DNA of 64,000 bases, taken from positions 1 to 64,000 of the forward strand of contig CAJINV010000022.1 in NCBI GenBank assembly GCA_905178155.1. Reading direction: 5' to 3'. Source of the stretch: Amoebophrya sp. A120. Its lineage: Eukaryota; Protista; Dinoflagellata. Positions 25,608-43,003 of this stretch are shown here, piece after piece. Made by a program: the position numbers and the translations under genes. Under the pieces are notes generated by a model that worked only from the letters and a program-made list of their open reading frames with translations, was not told the DNA's origin and made no database searches. Position 1 is the stretch's first letter. Each line of letters opens with the position of its first letter.

Positions 25608-27830
25608 CCTTTCAGTAGCCGTGCCCCGCGGGATACCACACAATGGCTGGTGAGGAACAAAAAAATGAACGTTCCCATGATAAACCTGCGGGAAGACCGA
25701 ACGAGCTCTGCGATGCTTGGGAATAGGAGCTTTAACTACGCTAGCAGGATAGCGGTATGACTCTTTTTGACATCATCTTCGATCGTATGCATGACAAAAT
25801 TTCATTGCCATTTCTCATTCCCCATGACAAACTTTTTACACAAAAATAAAACTTTTGTCCTAACAGACGCCGTCCAAGCTGCGACAGGAGATTACTTCGC
25901 CCCTCGTTCGCGACAGTGGGTTTTCTTTGAGCAACAGTAGCAACTACTACCCGCTAGCAGTGAAAAGAGACCTTTCCAGGGACTATAACCTCTCCGACTA
26001 CGCGTCCCGTTCGCGGTCCGTCAGCCCCACAAGGATGGACCAAATGGAAGCTTTCACGAGTCAATTAGATAGAAGTGTTGCGGGTACCAGTGTAGGAGGA
26101 ATGAATAACAATAACCTCTCCTCCCTGCAAGACTACGATCCCTACAATACCCTCGCCTCCACATCCTACCAAAACCCGGCTCTCTACGTCCCCCGAATCC
26201 AGGAGCCCCGGCCCGCCAGTCCGCTGCATGCCCAAACCCCCAGCACCGCGACTTTTGTCCGGGCTACAGAACTTGGGGGAGAAGGACAAGGACCTCCTGT
26301 GTCCCCGAATAGTAGCAAAAAGACGGCAACCTCTATGGGACTCTCAACTGTTTTTACATTCTCAACTGTTACATGAATTTGTAATGCAAGAATATCAAAA
26401 GTCAAAGGAGGGGGGTTGGTTGCACATCCAGCATTACAAAGTCCGCACAGGTTTAGATGCTGTTTAGCCCTTCGGGAATTCAATTTGTTATGCGAAGTAG
26501 CTTGATCCTGTGGTGGCTTATGGCAATTTTGCATCACAAATTCATGTAACAGCTGAGAGTGTACCGTTTGCGAACGCCATAACCTCGGTGAAGTCACAAG
26601 CTTCGAAACAAAATTTTTACAGCAACTATGCCTACCAGCCGAAACCGCGGCACTTCTACAAGGAGGAGCAGAAAACCAGAGTAATGGGACAAGACCCGGT
26701 AATTTTGTCAGCAAGCAAATCGACGGCCGGTGGGAGTGCTGCGACAATGGTAGGGTCCAAAGCATCAAGTCGAAAGCCGGTGCAGACATATACGAAGAAC
26801 GGGAAGAAGGTACCTACTAGTAGTGGTACGATTCCAAGCGTAGCACTTTTCTAAACTTGTACTTGAACATGTCATGCACCTTCTGCATGAAGTTGAAGAC
26901 GCACACGCACGTGCTTGTCCATCTTTGTGAAGATGCACACTTACGTATACTTTACACCATATCTTCATCTACCAAATACAGATCCCGGGATCCCGCAGCG
27001 AGCACGTAATCAAGCGCGCCTACGGCGGTGGCATGGTAACCGACTACGGGAAAACCGATAATCACATCGCCTTGAACTACGTAGGTCAGCCGAAAAATAC
27101 CCTTTCCCCCGCTTCCTCCGCGAAAAAAATCAACCAGATTATCAACCAGAGTGAAAAACGACTGAAGTTGCAGGAGGAGGTTAGGTTAACGATTCTGAAA
27201 AACCGCGAGGATTTAGAAAGACGGTTCCGGGGGTTGAAGACAAAGAGAAACGAAATGGCACACATGAAGCTTGTTGAGCTCGAAAACGCGATCAGCTCGG
27301 GAGCCGGAATTGTTCTAGGGTCTACTACTAATACCTACTCCCGCGGGGCGACACCAACTTCGCCGAATAAACCGACCGAATTTCAACTCGCTTCAAACAT
27401 CTATGCGGAGAGTCACAGCGCGAAGAACACCGCGGAGTCCTTTCAAGTGAGTCCGACGAGTGGGAAAATTAGCAGAACGAAATCCCCCGGCGGGGGAAGT
27501 AGTAGTAACGCAGGTGGAAGGAAAAATCCGCGGAGCCCGGGGGTTAGGGGAACGAGTACGACGAATAAGTTTATGCACCATGTCATGGCGAGTCAGAATC
27601 GGTGGGATCAGCACTTTATCCTGTGCAAAAGTATCGTACTCGTATAAATGCATATACAAATTTTCTCAGCATGAGAAATAAAATTTGTAATGCCGATTTA
27701 CCCATAAGAAAAAAATTTGTAATGCATGATGGCAATACGAGTAGGCACGATAATTTTGCATTGCATACACTTGTCCAGCCTGAAAACCGCCGGAGGCGTC
27801 AACTTATCCCGGTCGGCGAAGGGGGTGTAG
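25608..27830 (+). CDS. Unknown Ser/Thr-rich protein with a coiled-coil segment; 5' end unresolved (possibly ATG 25032)
   Basis: GT-AG introns 25755-25866 and 26810-26981 plus TIR introns at 26334 and 27617 join ORFs 25560, 25927, 26510 and 27033 in frame to TAG 27828-27830. Confidence 0.7.
26334..26581. mobile_element. TIR introner, family F (TATGG..TCTCAA..TTACATTCTCAACTGTTAC)
   Basis: TSD ACCTC. Confidence 0.9.
27617..27767. mobile_element. TIR introner, family A
   Basis: TSD CACTT. Confidence 0.9.
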
Positions 27831-27832
27831 GC

Positions 27833-28111
27833 TATCCTGAGTAAAAACGTCCCCACCCCAGAGTTGTCATGCAAATCTGCATGGTAAAAATGCCTCTCAT
27901 GCGGAGCCCCATGACAGGCATTTTTTAGTCGTGTCTCGCAATTTGTCATGCTCCAATCGGCATGGTGCGCTGGATCTGTGATGCTGCTCATCTAGCTAAA
28001 CAGGATTACACCACGAGGCCAAATTTGTAATGCAGAACTCCCAAAACTTGCAGATTTGTGTTGCAGACTTCCCATTTTGACTATGGTGTGGAGATGCTTT
28101 TACATATGATA
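27833..28111. mobile_element. TIR element, family C, at the stop codon/3' UTR
   Basis: TSD TAGGC includes the TAG stop. Confidence 0.9.
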
Positions 28112-29351
28112 TAGGCGGGGGAGTTCTTAGTTGTACTACAGGGAGTTTCGAATAGATCTATGATTTCCCCTTGAACTATGTAAAATCAGATGCAGATGCA
28201 GCGGAAACAAAGCAATGTGAAAACATCAATAAGAACTCAGTTGCAGTTCGTCCGTATCAGAATCAGATTCAAAAGCCATAAACAGGCTGAAAATAATAGA
28301 CATGTAAGATGGACTTGTTTATTGCATTCTTCATTCAAAACCATGATTCGCACAAATTGAAGTTTGATTTTCTAGACCGGTTGAGACACCGATCGCCAGC
28401 TACTTACAAGCAGGAATATAGATAGTACGATAGACAGTCACTCGCTCGCCTAAAGAAGCGAGCACACGATTGATTTTCTAGATTCTTTGACATTCGCACC
28501 AGGAGCAGGGCTTCATGCACCTCTTGAACTCGTTTTGATGAAACGCATCTTGGTTGAACTCTTGTAAAACATTTTTTTTGGAAAAGTCAAAATGTACAAA
28601 AATGACGTAAAATTCTCATTTTCTAGCCAGCTGGCTATGATGTTGATGACAGTCAAGAAGTTATGTAGCAAGGTACTTACTAGCTTCATGCACCAGTGTG
28701 TGAGGGCTTCAACTGCATTAGGTGGTATGCAGCAATTTCGTGCTGCTGCTTTTCTTCTTGATCCTCGGCTGCAAATCCATACGGGAAAAACTACCTTCGA
28801 TCGGTGACATTATACCACTTACAAGTGCACGTAGTTTTGCTTTGAAATAAAAAATTCAGGTCGCGGAGCTTGAGCGTATTGATCTGTACAAAAGAAGATC
28901 TACTATTCAAGAAGTAGCAGGTCATCGAATGAAGTTCTGCAAAGGCAACAATTTTTGATCCTGCAAAAAATGATGCTGTAGTTTTTGGATCTCGATCTGC
29001 AGCAAGGTGAGAAAAAAATTTGTTCAAAAAAATGATCAAACCTTCGCAGTTAAAGAAATTTTCCTAACGCGTCCAACGTGCAGCTTTTGCAGCCTTCACG
29101 CAAAGATGTAACTATTGCAGATCAAGATCAACAATGAAAGCGTTCAATCAACACGAACGAAAACAGGTTCGCATTTTCATTAGTTAGCGACACTATCTGG
29201 CAACTACCGCGACTATTTGAAGCATGAGCAGTTTCTTGTGATATCGTTTGCCTCTACAACTTCCACGACCTAGATAGGAGTTTTTTCCAATTCATCTCTT
29301 GCATCATCTTGCGATCCCTGGTACTATTTCTGGACAAGCAACACAAAGAAA

Positions 29352-33707
<4,356 letters not shown>

Positions 33708-34764
33708 AGATGAAGCGTAGTTTCAGAGATGAGGTGGGCCACGTTTTGTGATATTAGGGTAGCACATAGTATTGAAACGCGAGTCATCGAGTTCTCATCT
33801 CTTTAGTTGGAATGCAAAAAAATTCCAGAGGATGTTGCTACAGAACGAAGTCGCTTACTTCCGACGTGTTGAAAGGACAACACTTTAGTGGATGCACCCA
33901 GATTGTTACTGATTTATAAACCAAAGCGCAAAATCCTCACCTAAAAAAGCAGCGTGCCGGCCGGGTGCTGCAAATTCTTTGTGTCAAGACCGCTGACTAT
34001 GAAATTCAATAAAAATCAGAATTGTGTTCTTCAACTACCTCGTCGATAGTTTATTCGGGCTTCATCGTCTGATGTGGTTTGTCTTCGTTGGCTCTTTCGT
34101 CGTCTTCTCCGGTTGCCCGCAGCGTGTAAGCGGGACTCAAATCTTCAATGTCAAACCATCAGTAGTCACTTACCTACCGGCGCTTTCATGAACACATTCT
34201 AGTGTCCAAGATCTTGAACTTATATAATTCATGAAGGAACAACTACATGATTCCTTAACCACCTCCATCAAGAACTCACGTACACGTTCCGAAATCCCAA
34301 GAGAAAGAACTTTGCAAGTTGTAATAGGCAAGAAGTGCCAGCTGTTGTATCTGCAGTTACTACCATGCGAGTCTTGAATTTGTGCCAATAGTTTTGCCTA
34401 TCGCTACTGCATCGATCCCACCACAACATCAGCGGCCAGGTGGTTGTCGGCCACCAATTTTCTATTTTTATCTATTCCGACATAACATGATACATGAGTA
34501 ATTGAAAAGTTGAATCTCCTAGTCTAGTAGCGACATCAAATACGCTCTTCATGTATCTTGTATCCATCATAGGCGACAAAACAATCAAGCACTCACGACA
34601 TTCGTAAGCTAAGATCATGGCGACCCGACTCAAGAACAAGATCCAGATGTGAAGTTATCTTGAGCCTGATGAACTGCTAGTACAATTACGATAAGCTAAA
34701 GTTTCTAGATATTTCTGCACTGTGAAGATTTCGTTGTGCGAAGTAGAAGAGCAACTACACAACC

Positions 34765-37700
34765 ATGTCGATCAAACTCCGGGAGTTGATCCGGAATATC
34801 CGGACTTGCAAGACGGCCGCCGAGGAGCGGGCCGTGATTGCGAAAGAGTGCGCCGCCATCCGCACGGCGTTCCGCGAAGAGGACAGCAGCTACCGGCACC
34901 GCAATGTCGCGAAACTGCTCTTCATTCACATGTTGGGCTATCCGACGCACTTTGGCCAGATGGAATGCCTGAAGCTGATCGCCTCGGCGCGGTTTCCGGA
35001 AAAGCGGGTCGGGTATTTGGGGCTCACGCAACTACTCGACGAAAACACGGAGGTGCTGATGTTGGTCACGAATTCCATCAAAAACGACATGTCCGCGGGG
35101 AACCAGTTTATCAACGGGCTGGGGATTTGCGCGTTGGGCAACGTCGGCACCGCGGAAATGTGCGCCGCGCTGTCCCGGGAGATCGAGCAAATGCTGAACA
35201 TTTCCAACCCCTACGTGCGGAAGAAAGCGGCGCTGTGCGCCATGCGGGTCTGCAAAAAGTGCGAGGAGATGGTGGACCGGTTCCGGCCGAAGGTGCGGGC
35301 GCTGCTGGAGGACCGGAACCACGGGGTGATGATCAGTGGGCTAGCGCTCATGCGGTCGATTGTGGAGCAGGACCCAGCAAATGCACTGCCCGAATACCTA
35401 TGGATTGCAAAAATGTCTGGGTCTGGAAAGTTGGAACTTGTAATGCTGGCCTTGCATTCCTGTGAAATTTGTATTGCATGACCAAGAACAGTGGTAGCCT
35501 CTCACGTCATACGAAAACGCAATTTCTCATGCGGAGTTCGCATGAGAAGGCGGGCTGCAACCTTGTCATGCTTTTCTGCATAAGGAAGTGACTTCCTCTA
35601 TGCACATTTTAGCATCACAAGTTTCCAGACCCAGACATTTTTGCATTTGATAATACCGGGAGCAGATACCACATCTCGTTCGGGTTCTGAAGAACATGCT
35701 GATGTCGGGGTACGTATCAACTGCAAAAATCTCTGGGTCGGGCAGGATGCAACTTCTGATGCTGTCTTCAGATTCTAGAAAGATCTGTGTTGCATGACCA
35801 GCAAGAGGAGTTGGCTTTGTGCCACGCGGACGAGAGGGCATAGGCATTTGTCATGCAGTATTCGCATCAGAAAGCCCTCAAAAAGTGTGTGATGCTAGGG
35901 CATGCAGCATCACAGACATCATGGGTCATGCAAAATGTGCATGACAAGTCTTGCACTCTTCCAGACCCAGACATATTTGCAGTTCATAGTACGCAAACGC
36001 CGCCGAGTACGACGTCGCTGGCGTAACGGATCCGTTTTTGCAGTGCGCAATCTTGAAAACGCTACGGGTGCTCGGGACCAACAGCGTTGACGCTAGTGAA
36101 GAGATGAATGACATATTAGCGCAGGTGGCGACCAACACCGAGGCGGTCAAGAATATCGGGAACTTATCGAAAGCAAACATGTCTGGGTCGGGAAGACTTA
36201 GGGTTTGTGATGCAGGACGAAGTACACACAAAAATTTGTACTGCATGAGTAGCGAAACCAATAGCGGCCCACTTGTTCGGGTCATCACCTGGAGGGACGA
36301 CATTTCTCATGCAAAACAGGCATCGAGGAGCCTTCTGAAAACTTGTGATGCTCTAGCTCGTACTCCAGACCTTCGGAGTTATGCAAAAGCTACATCACAA
36401 ACCTCACACCCTTCCAGACCCAGACATATTTGAATTTGATAGAACTCGATTCTGTACGAAACTGTGCAAACAATCATGGCCATCGAATCCGAATCCGGTT
36501 TGCGATATCACAGGAAAAACGTGTTACAGTTACACATTTGTTGGAGTTTCTGCAACACAAATTTTCTCTGCGTGGCAGAGAAAACTTGTAATGCAAAAGT
36601 CATAAGGGAAAATACGTAGGAAACGAGGCTCGCAAGCCTTTCCTGCATGGCAAAGGTTCTCTGTCTTGCGGCTCCCGCGACACAATATGTAACTGTAACA
36701 CTTTTTTCTTGCGATATGCGAGTGTTGGCGATCAATATTCTCGGCCGGTTTTTGCAGAATCGAGACAATAATATCAGGTATATCGTATGTGATAACGTGT
36801 TGATTTTGATCCTTCTCGTGTCCGCACTCAGAAGGCGAAGGAGCATTGTCATGTGGAGATTCAACATCTGCCTTTTGGTTTCCATGTACTTACAAAAAAA
36901 ATTCTCTGACGTGAATGTACACTGCATAATTCTCTCTCTAAAAACAGGTATGTCGCCCTGGCAATGCTGCAGAAGGTGGTGAAAGTGGATATCAAATCAG
37001 TACAACGGCATCGACAAACGATTTTGGAATGTCTCAAGGACCCGGACGTCTCCATTCAAAAACGGGCACTGGCGGTACATAGTTTTGCATATATTGATGT
37101 CGATGAGAAGTTTACTTTAGTTCCGGAACTTTTTTTTGGGTTCCGCACATTCACATTATACCGTTTTCGAATAAAAGTCATTTCTTTCCTCTCCTTCATC
37201 TTCCAGCTATTACCAGGGTAGTTTTATCTTGAACTGGATCTGTTTGTTTGTTCTTCACTTCCATGATTATGGAATGCAAAAGCATCGTACTAGTACAAAT
37301 CGCATGACAAATTCCCCCAGCATGAAAAAAGGAATTTCTAATGCGGATTTAGGTTAAGATGGAGATTTGTAATGCATGACTGCGATAATTAATACGAGTA
37401 CGATACTTTTGCACAGGGTAATCATTGATAATCAGGTACTCTACAATCTCATCACGGAAGAGAACGTGAAAGCCACGATGAAAGAGCTGTTGAATTTTCT
37501 CCTTGTCGCTGACGCCGATGTACAAAAGTGCACAACTCCCCCTGACCCTCATTTGTCATGCAAAACCCCAAACCCAACTGGAACTGCTTCCCTGCCTCAC
37601 TATTATGCATGACAGATTCCGGAAGCCCAATAAACAGTACTACACTAATAGGCGCATGAATTTGTCATGCACAGGCTCCATGTGTGCTGGTGTTTGTACT

Positions 37701-40700
37701 GCTGTTCATGCAATACAAATCAGGGGGAGGGGGAGTTGTGCACTGTGATACGATGTGAAAGAGGAGCTGGTTTTGAAAATTTGCCACTGCGTCGACCGCT
37801 TTGGCCCAAACAGAAGGTGGCAGATCGACACGCTGGTTAAGGTATTAAGATGCATTGTACAACTAAAAAGTAAAAATGTTGCTAATGTTCTTGTCTTGCT
37901 CATCGTCATCGGTGGACAGCAGCTGCTCCTGCCGAATGCATGGTGGAGAGAGCATAAAAACAAAATCTCCAACTCCTTGTCAACACAGGTGATGTGCCTC
38001 GCGGGCAACTACGTGCAAGAGGAAACCCGTTCCCATTTCTGTCAAATCGTCGGTTCCTCGCCTCCCCTGCACGAGTACGTGGCGCACAAGGTGTTTTTTT
38101 CGATCCAGGAAAACCTGAACCAAGAGGCTATGGTGTTGACCGGCGTTTGGTGCATCGGGGAGTACTATCCTGTGCAAAAGTATCGCACTCGTACTAGTAA
38201 TCGCTGTCATGCATTACAAATCTCCTTCTCAACCACTATCCGCATCACAAATTCCATTTTTTATGCTGAGGGAATTTGTCATGCGATTTCTACTAGTACG
38301 GTGCTTGTTTTGCATTTCATAAGTACGGCGACTACCTGATCACCGGCAAAGCCACCGGACCCAACAATGAACCGATAAAGATCACCCCGGCCGAGGTGCT
38401 CAGTCTCCTCGACACGATCATGAAAAAGCCCCAGTACGCCGATGCGTATTCGTATCAACTGCAATATCATATCTGCGGGTCTGAAAAGTCGCTAGGTCAT
38501 TATTTGTCATGAAAGTTATTTTCGACGCCCGCAGTGCAGTCTGGAATGCAGGGCCTAGCATGAGAAATTATTTGTGAGGTCTTAAGTTAGTACCATGCTT
38601 GTCCTGCATGAGAAGTTGTTCTCTTCCAGCTATTGCTCAAAAATGGACCACAACTTTTGGTAATCATACATTTACACAATTGAAATTTATTTTGCACGAT
38701 CCAGAATTAGCATGACAAGTTGCGGCGTGTCAGGCATCCAGGGAAAATATTTGCGATGCATATTGCGAACAAAAGAACCACCACGGTCTTGGAGTACTGC
38801 TATCAAAAGGAAAAATCCCCCCTCCCCATATCGAAATGGAAATCTGTGATGCAGGATTTGGGTACACAAATCGGATTTGTCTTGCAGTAGGGCATCGCAG
38901 TCAGATCCTCGGCCTAGGTAGGGGCGTATAGGTCTAGTTGCTTAGCATTGCAAACGGGTGTCCCCTAGGCGCAACAGCATGCCAAATCGCTTCCATAATG
39001 GTGCGGAAGCCTCTGCGCTTGTCTTCTTGCAAGACAGACGGGATTTGTGACCTCAAATCAGCAACACAAATTTTCGGAAACATACCGTTTCGATATGGGG
39101 AGGGGGGATTTTTCTTCAGAATAACTGCGTGACGGCCCTGATAAAACTAACGCCCAGAATGCCGAACGAGGCGGCGAAGATTCGGGAAATGCTGAAGCGC
39201 TACGAAACGCACATTTCACCCGAACTGCAGCAACGCGCGTGTGAGTACCAGGAACTGCTATTGCCGGTGTGGAATGGCGACCGGGCGGAGGTTTTGAACC
39301 GAATCCCTGCCATGGAGCGAATCATCAAGAAAGAGGTAAAGAATTTTGTCACGTAGATCATGTACTACAGTACTCACCTTCATCAACATGCTGTTGGATC
39401 TGGAACCGCTAGATATTGAAGGATGAAAAAGAAAAGATCGCACTAGAGCTAAAGTAGCATGAAATAAAATAGTCATGGGCTTGTTCTTCGATGTCGCGGA
39501 GACGAAGTGCATACAAGATTTACATGTAGCACCACAGCAAGCAATCTGTTCCACCACGTTATGTTGAATATGTAATATTATCTACTCTCCCAGGTCGGCG
39601 ATACCGCGATCGAAGAGGTTGGCTCCGGCGGCAACGCGCAGGGGAAGAAAACCCCAACAAAAAACACCGCTAGTGCCGGTGACGACTTGTTGGATTTGCT
39701 CGACCTCGGCGGCGGTAGTTCCGCGCCCAAGACCTCCACCGGCGCACCACAAGCCGCACCGAAGCCGTCCGGGGGGGACGACCTTTTGGACCTGCTCGGC
39801 GGCGCAGCTCCGACCCCAGCAGCGAGCTCTATGGAGTTCTCAAATGTTACATTCTCAACTGATGTTACATGAATTTGTGATGCAAGAACACTATAACGCT
39901 GCACACAGTCAACCTTCTTCGCATGACAAGAACTTCTCGACGCGCTAAAAACCACTAGAGAATCCGTCCCAAATGATCTGTAATGCAAAAGGCGCAACCT
40001 TCCTCCTTTCACTTTTGCCATTCTTGCATTGCCGCAGATTCATGTAACAGCTAAGGGTGTAACGCTCGAGAACCCCATAACCTCGCAGCCGATGCAGCTC
40101 GCGCCTACAGCAGGGGCGCCGGCAGCGCCCGCGGCCTCTGGCGGCTTGGACGATTTGTTAGGGGGTGGCGGGCTGCTTGGCTCTTCCCCCGCCGGCCCAA
40201 GTGGAGGCGGCGTGGCTTCTTTGGGGAACGGGTTGACGTCACTCGGCAACGGCTCAGCCGGCGGCGGAAACGATTTGCTGGGCGACTTGCTGGGTGGCGG
40301 ACCATCGCCCGTCATGGCAAACACACCCACGCCAGCGCCCATGATTAGCCCCGCCGCTACTAGTAGTACAACAACTCCGGCTATGAATGTGCATAACTCC
40401 CCCTCCTCCTCACTTGCCATGCAAACCACCAAATCCAGGCTGTGTCTCTTGGCACTGTTTGCATGACAAACTCCGGAAGCCCAAATAGCACTACCATCCC
40501 TTTCAAATTTGTCATGCAAAACCTGAATTCTCGTTGGCGCTTGTATTGCCGTTCATGCTATACAAATGAGGGGGAGGGGGAGTTGTGAACTCTCATACCG
40601 GCCACCAGCAGCGGAGCCAGCAGCTCCTTCGTGCCGATAAATAAAAACGGGCTGCAGGTACTTTCGTTTATTGTTGAACTTGCGTGTCTTTGCAAAACCA

Positions 40701-42545
40701 AAATCAAAGCCGTCAAGAACACCTTCACGCTGGCGCTTCTCGTGCAACAATACTTACGTTTGTTCTAATATAATTGTCGGGAACGAAGGGAATTTTTTTT
40801 CCGTTGCAGTTGTATTCCGGAACGAGCGCTCTTGCTACGATTTTCATGGTTGTACTGGTCGTGGACAACATGATCACGATGAAACAATGACAATTAAGGT
40901 AAAATTCACCTGCTCTAAGCAGTCGGACCAAGTGACCCGCATTGAAGCCTGCTTCGCAAATCAGCAGCAAGCCCCCTTTACCGACTTCGCTATCAAAAGA
41001 AAAAAGTTCGGCGCGATCACTCATGGGCATTTTTGCAATACAAAAAGTGCTTGTCATGCGTAAAAATGCATCTTCACGGTCAAACTTCATGCGGGATTTC
41101 CCTTAGTGTTTCTGCAATACAAGGATAAGTTGTGATGCTAGAAAAATTTGTAATGCAAAGCCTCCAAAACCAAATTAGTGACTGTGGTAAACTTTTTTCT
41201 CTCCATATTCGCGTTTGAAGTTGCAGTACCCAAATACCTCAACCTCAAGATGCAGCCCGCATCCTCGGCGACAGTACCATATCACACAGAAAAAAAGCCA
41301 GCATAGCAACATATTATCTGTATTTTTCCAAAAATAAATACACAGGACGTGGACGTGCATGTTGCGCTAGAAGTGCATAGAAGTTGTATCATGGTGTAGT
41401 TCTTTCGGGCTGTGCAATACAGAAGTTCAAGTTTGTTTCTTACTTTTGCGGATACGAATGTATGCTTATGCTGGCCTTTTTCTACCCTGGGATACACCAC
41501 CTCAGACGGCAAACACCACCCAGGTTTTCTTGATACAAAACACCTCCAACGGCGCGAAACCCATCGCCATCCGATATCATTCGTAAAAACGGACCCATTT
41601 TCTCCCCATGTTTTTCATGCAAATAGTATCTGCATGTCATGACTCGAATGATGAGTCGCATGCGCAGCGTGCCTGAAGACGAAGAGCATGAAATGAAAAA
41701 ACCAGTTTGGATTTTGTCATGCTCTACCCAGCTGCAAATGCAAAGGAAAATCGATTTGTGTTGATTCGAGCGCACTAGGTTGTAACAAGCACGACTACTA
41801 CACTATGAGCCCAGAGTACAAAAAGAAGTTGTCATGCGCAAGAATTACAGTCAAGCTCAAGGCGAACATCTCTTCTTGACTTGTGTGAAACATGAAACAA
41901 GCCAAGAACTACATCATGATCTCCGCTATGGGGTAATGATCATGGGTTGTACTCTCGGTTTTTCTAAATGATATCCGAACGAGTATCCTGATTAAAGATG
42001 TCCCCACACCAGAGTTGTCATGCAGATCTGCATGCCAAAAAAGTTTCTCATGCGGAGCCCCATAAGAACCATTTTCCCATCCTGTTTTGGAATTTGTAAT
42101 GCTAGAATCAGCATGATATGCTAGATCTGTGATGCTTCGGAACTAGCTAAACAGGATTGCACTACGAGGATAAATTTGTCATGCGAAACAACCAGAGGTG
42201 GCGGATTTGTCTAGCGGATTCCCCATCTTGACTCTGGGGTGGAGACGTTTTTGCTCAGGATAACGAGGGTAAAGTTCTCTTTCAACGGGCAGCCGGTGAC
42301 CTTACAAGACCAGGTTGACAACTTATGAAAGTGCACAACTCCCCCTCCCCCTCATTTGTCATGCAAAATACCAAACTCAAGTGCTTCCCTGTAGCACTGT
42401 TTGCATGACAGATTCCGGAAACCATAAACAGTACAACAGTAGGCGCATGAATTTGTCATGCACAGGCCCCACGTGTAGCGTCCATGCAATACAAATGAGG
42501 GTGAGGGGGAGTTGTGCACTGTCATACAACTTTCCGAGTTTGTGA
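34765..42545 (+). CDS. AP1G1: AP-1 adaptor complex gamma subunit, about 904 aa, 20 introns (15 TIR and 5 GT-AG at 36778-36947, 37075-37435, 37842-37988, 39336-39593, 40658-40898)
   Basis: [77 protein letters not shown] hinge and ear domain FEVAVPK..NFP; retained length 2715 nt is a multiple of 3. Confidence 0.95.
35399..35652. mobile_element. TIR introner, family D
   Basis: TSD ATACC. Confidence 0.95.
35715..35988. mobile_element. TIR introner, family D
   Basis: TSD GTACG. Confidence 0.95.
36165..36441. mobile_element. TIR introner, family D-like
   Basis: TSD GAACT. Confidence 0.95.
36506..36716. mobile_element. TIR introner (GAAAAA.GTGTTACAGTTACA type)
   Basis: TSD TGCGA. Confidence 0.95.
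37268..37420. mobile_element. Family A element nested in GT-AG intron 37075-37435
   Basis: TIR TGCAAAAGCATCGTACT; TSD atgat/atcat. Confidence 0.88.
37521..37750. mobile_element. TIR introner, family B
   Basis: TSD CGATG; left end TAC. Confidence 0.93.
38166..38321. mobile_element. TIR introner, family A
   Basis: TSD AGTAC; restores WCIGEYGD. Confidence 0.95.
38453..38762. mobile_element. Degenerate TIR introner, family D-like
   Basis: TSD attcg/ttgcg; 315-bp removal keeps frame. Confidence 0.8.
38801..39123. mobile_element. TIR introner, family E
   Basis: TSD ACTGC. Confidence 0.95.
39830..40079. mobile_element. TIR introner, family F
   Basis: TSD agctc/acctc. Confidence 0.9.
40382..40597. 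mobile_element. TIR introner, family B
   Basis: TSD CCGGC. Confidence 0.95.
40991..41207. mobile_element. TIR introner with short TIR (AGAAAAAAGTT)
   Basis: TSD TTCGC; restores [10 protein letters not shown]. Confidence 0.9.
41280..41494. mobile_element. TIR introner (AGAAAAA..GCCAGCATA type)
   Basis: TSD tacca/cacca. Confidence 0.88.
41575..41973. mobile_element. TIR introner, 399 bp (TATCATT..AAAAAC ends)
   Basis: TSD TCCGA. Confidence 0.88.
41984..42262. mobile_element. TIR introner, family C
   Basis: TSD ACGAG. Confidence 0.95.
42324..42526. mobile_element. TIR introner, family B (last AP1G intron)
   Basis: TSD CAACT; restores DNFPSL-stop. Confidence 0.95.
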
Positions 42546-42794
42546 GGAAAGAGCAAGAACTGCTGCAATTATTTTTTCGCTTCTTCGCCAATAAATATTC
42601 ACTAAATATCAAATCGCATAAAGAGAAAAAGACGTCGAAGGCAAAAGAGAATAAAAAAGCACGAAGATGGTTGAACGTTCTTCGCCATCCGAATGCGTTT
42701 ACGATTTTCAACTTTCGCGATTGATGTAATCCTAATTGTATACCGCAATTTTGGGAGGTTCGGTTCCAGGTTTTATTCTTGTTCAATTCCACAT

Positions 42795-43003
42795 TATCCA
42801 AGAAAAAAACTGTGTAAGTGTAACTTTCCTTGGCTGACAGCATCACAAATTTGCTCTACATGACAGCGAAAACCTGTCATGCGTGGCTTGTAAGGGAAAA
42901 CACACATCAAAAGAGGACTTCGTGGCTGTCTGGCATGACAGGTGTAGCTCTGTTGCATGTTCTGCATTACAAAGTTACACTTGCACAGTTTTTTTCTTGC
43001 ATA
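42795..43003. mobile_element. TIR element, family G (AAGAAAAAAACTGTGTAAGTGTAAC), downstream of AP1G
   Basis: TSD CACAT; inverted homolog of 53826-54034. Confidence 0.93.
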
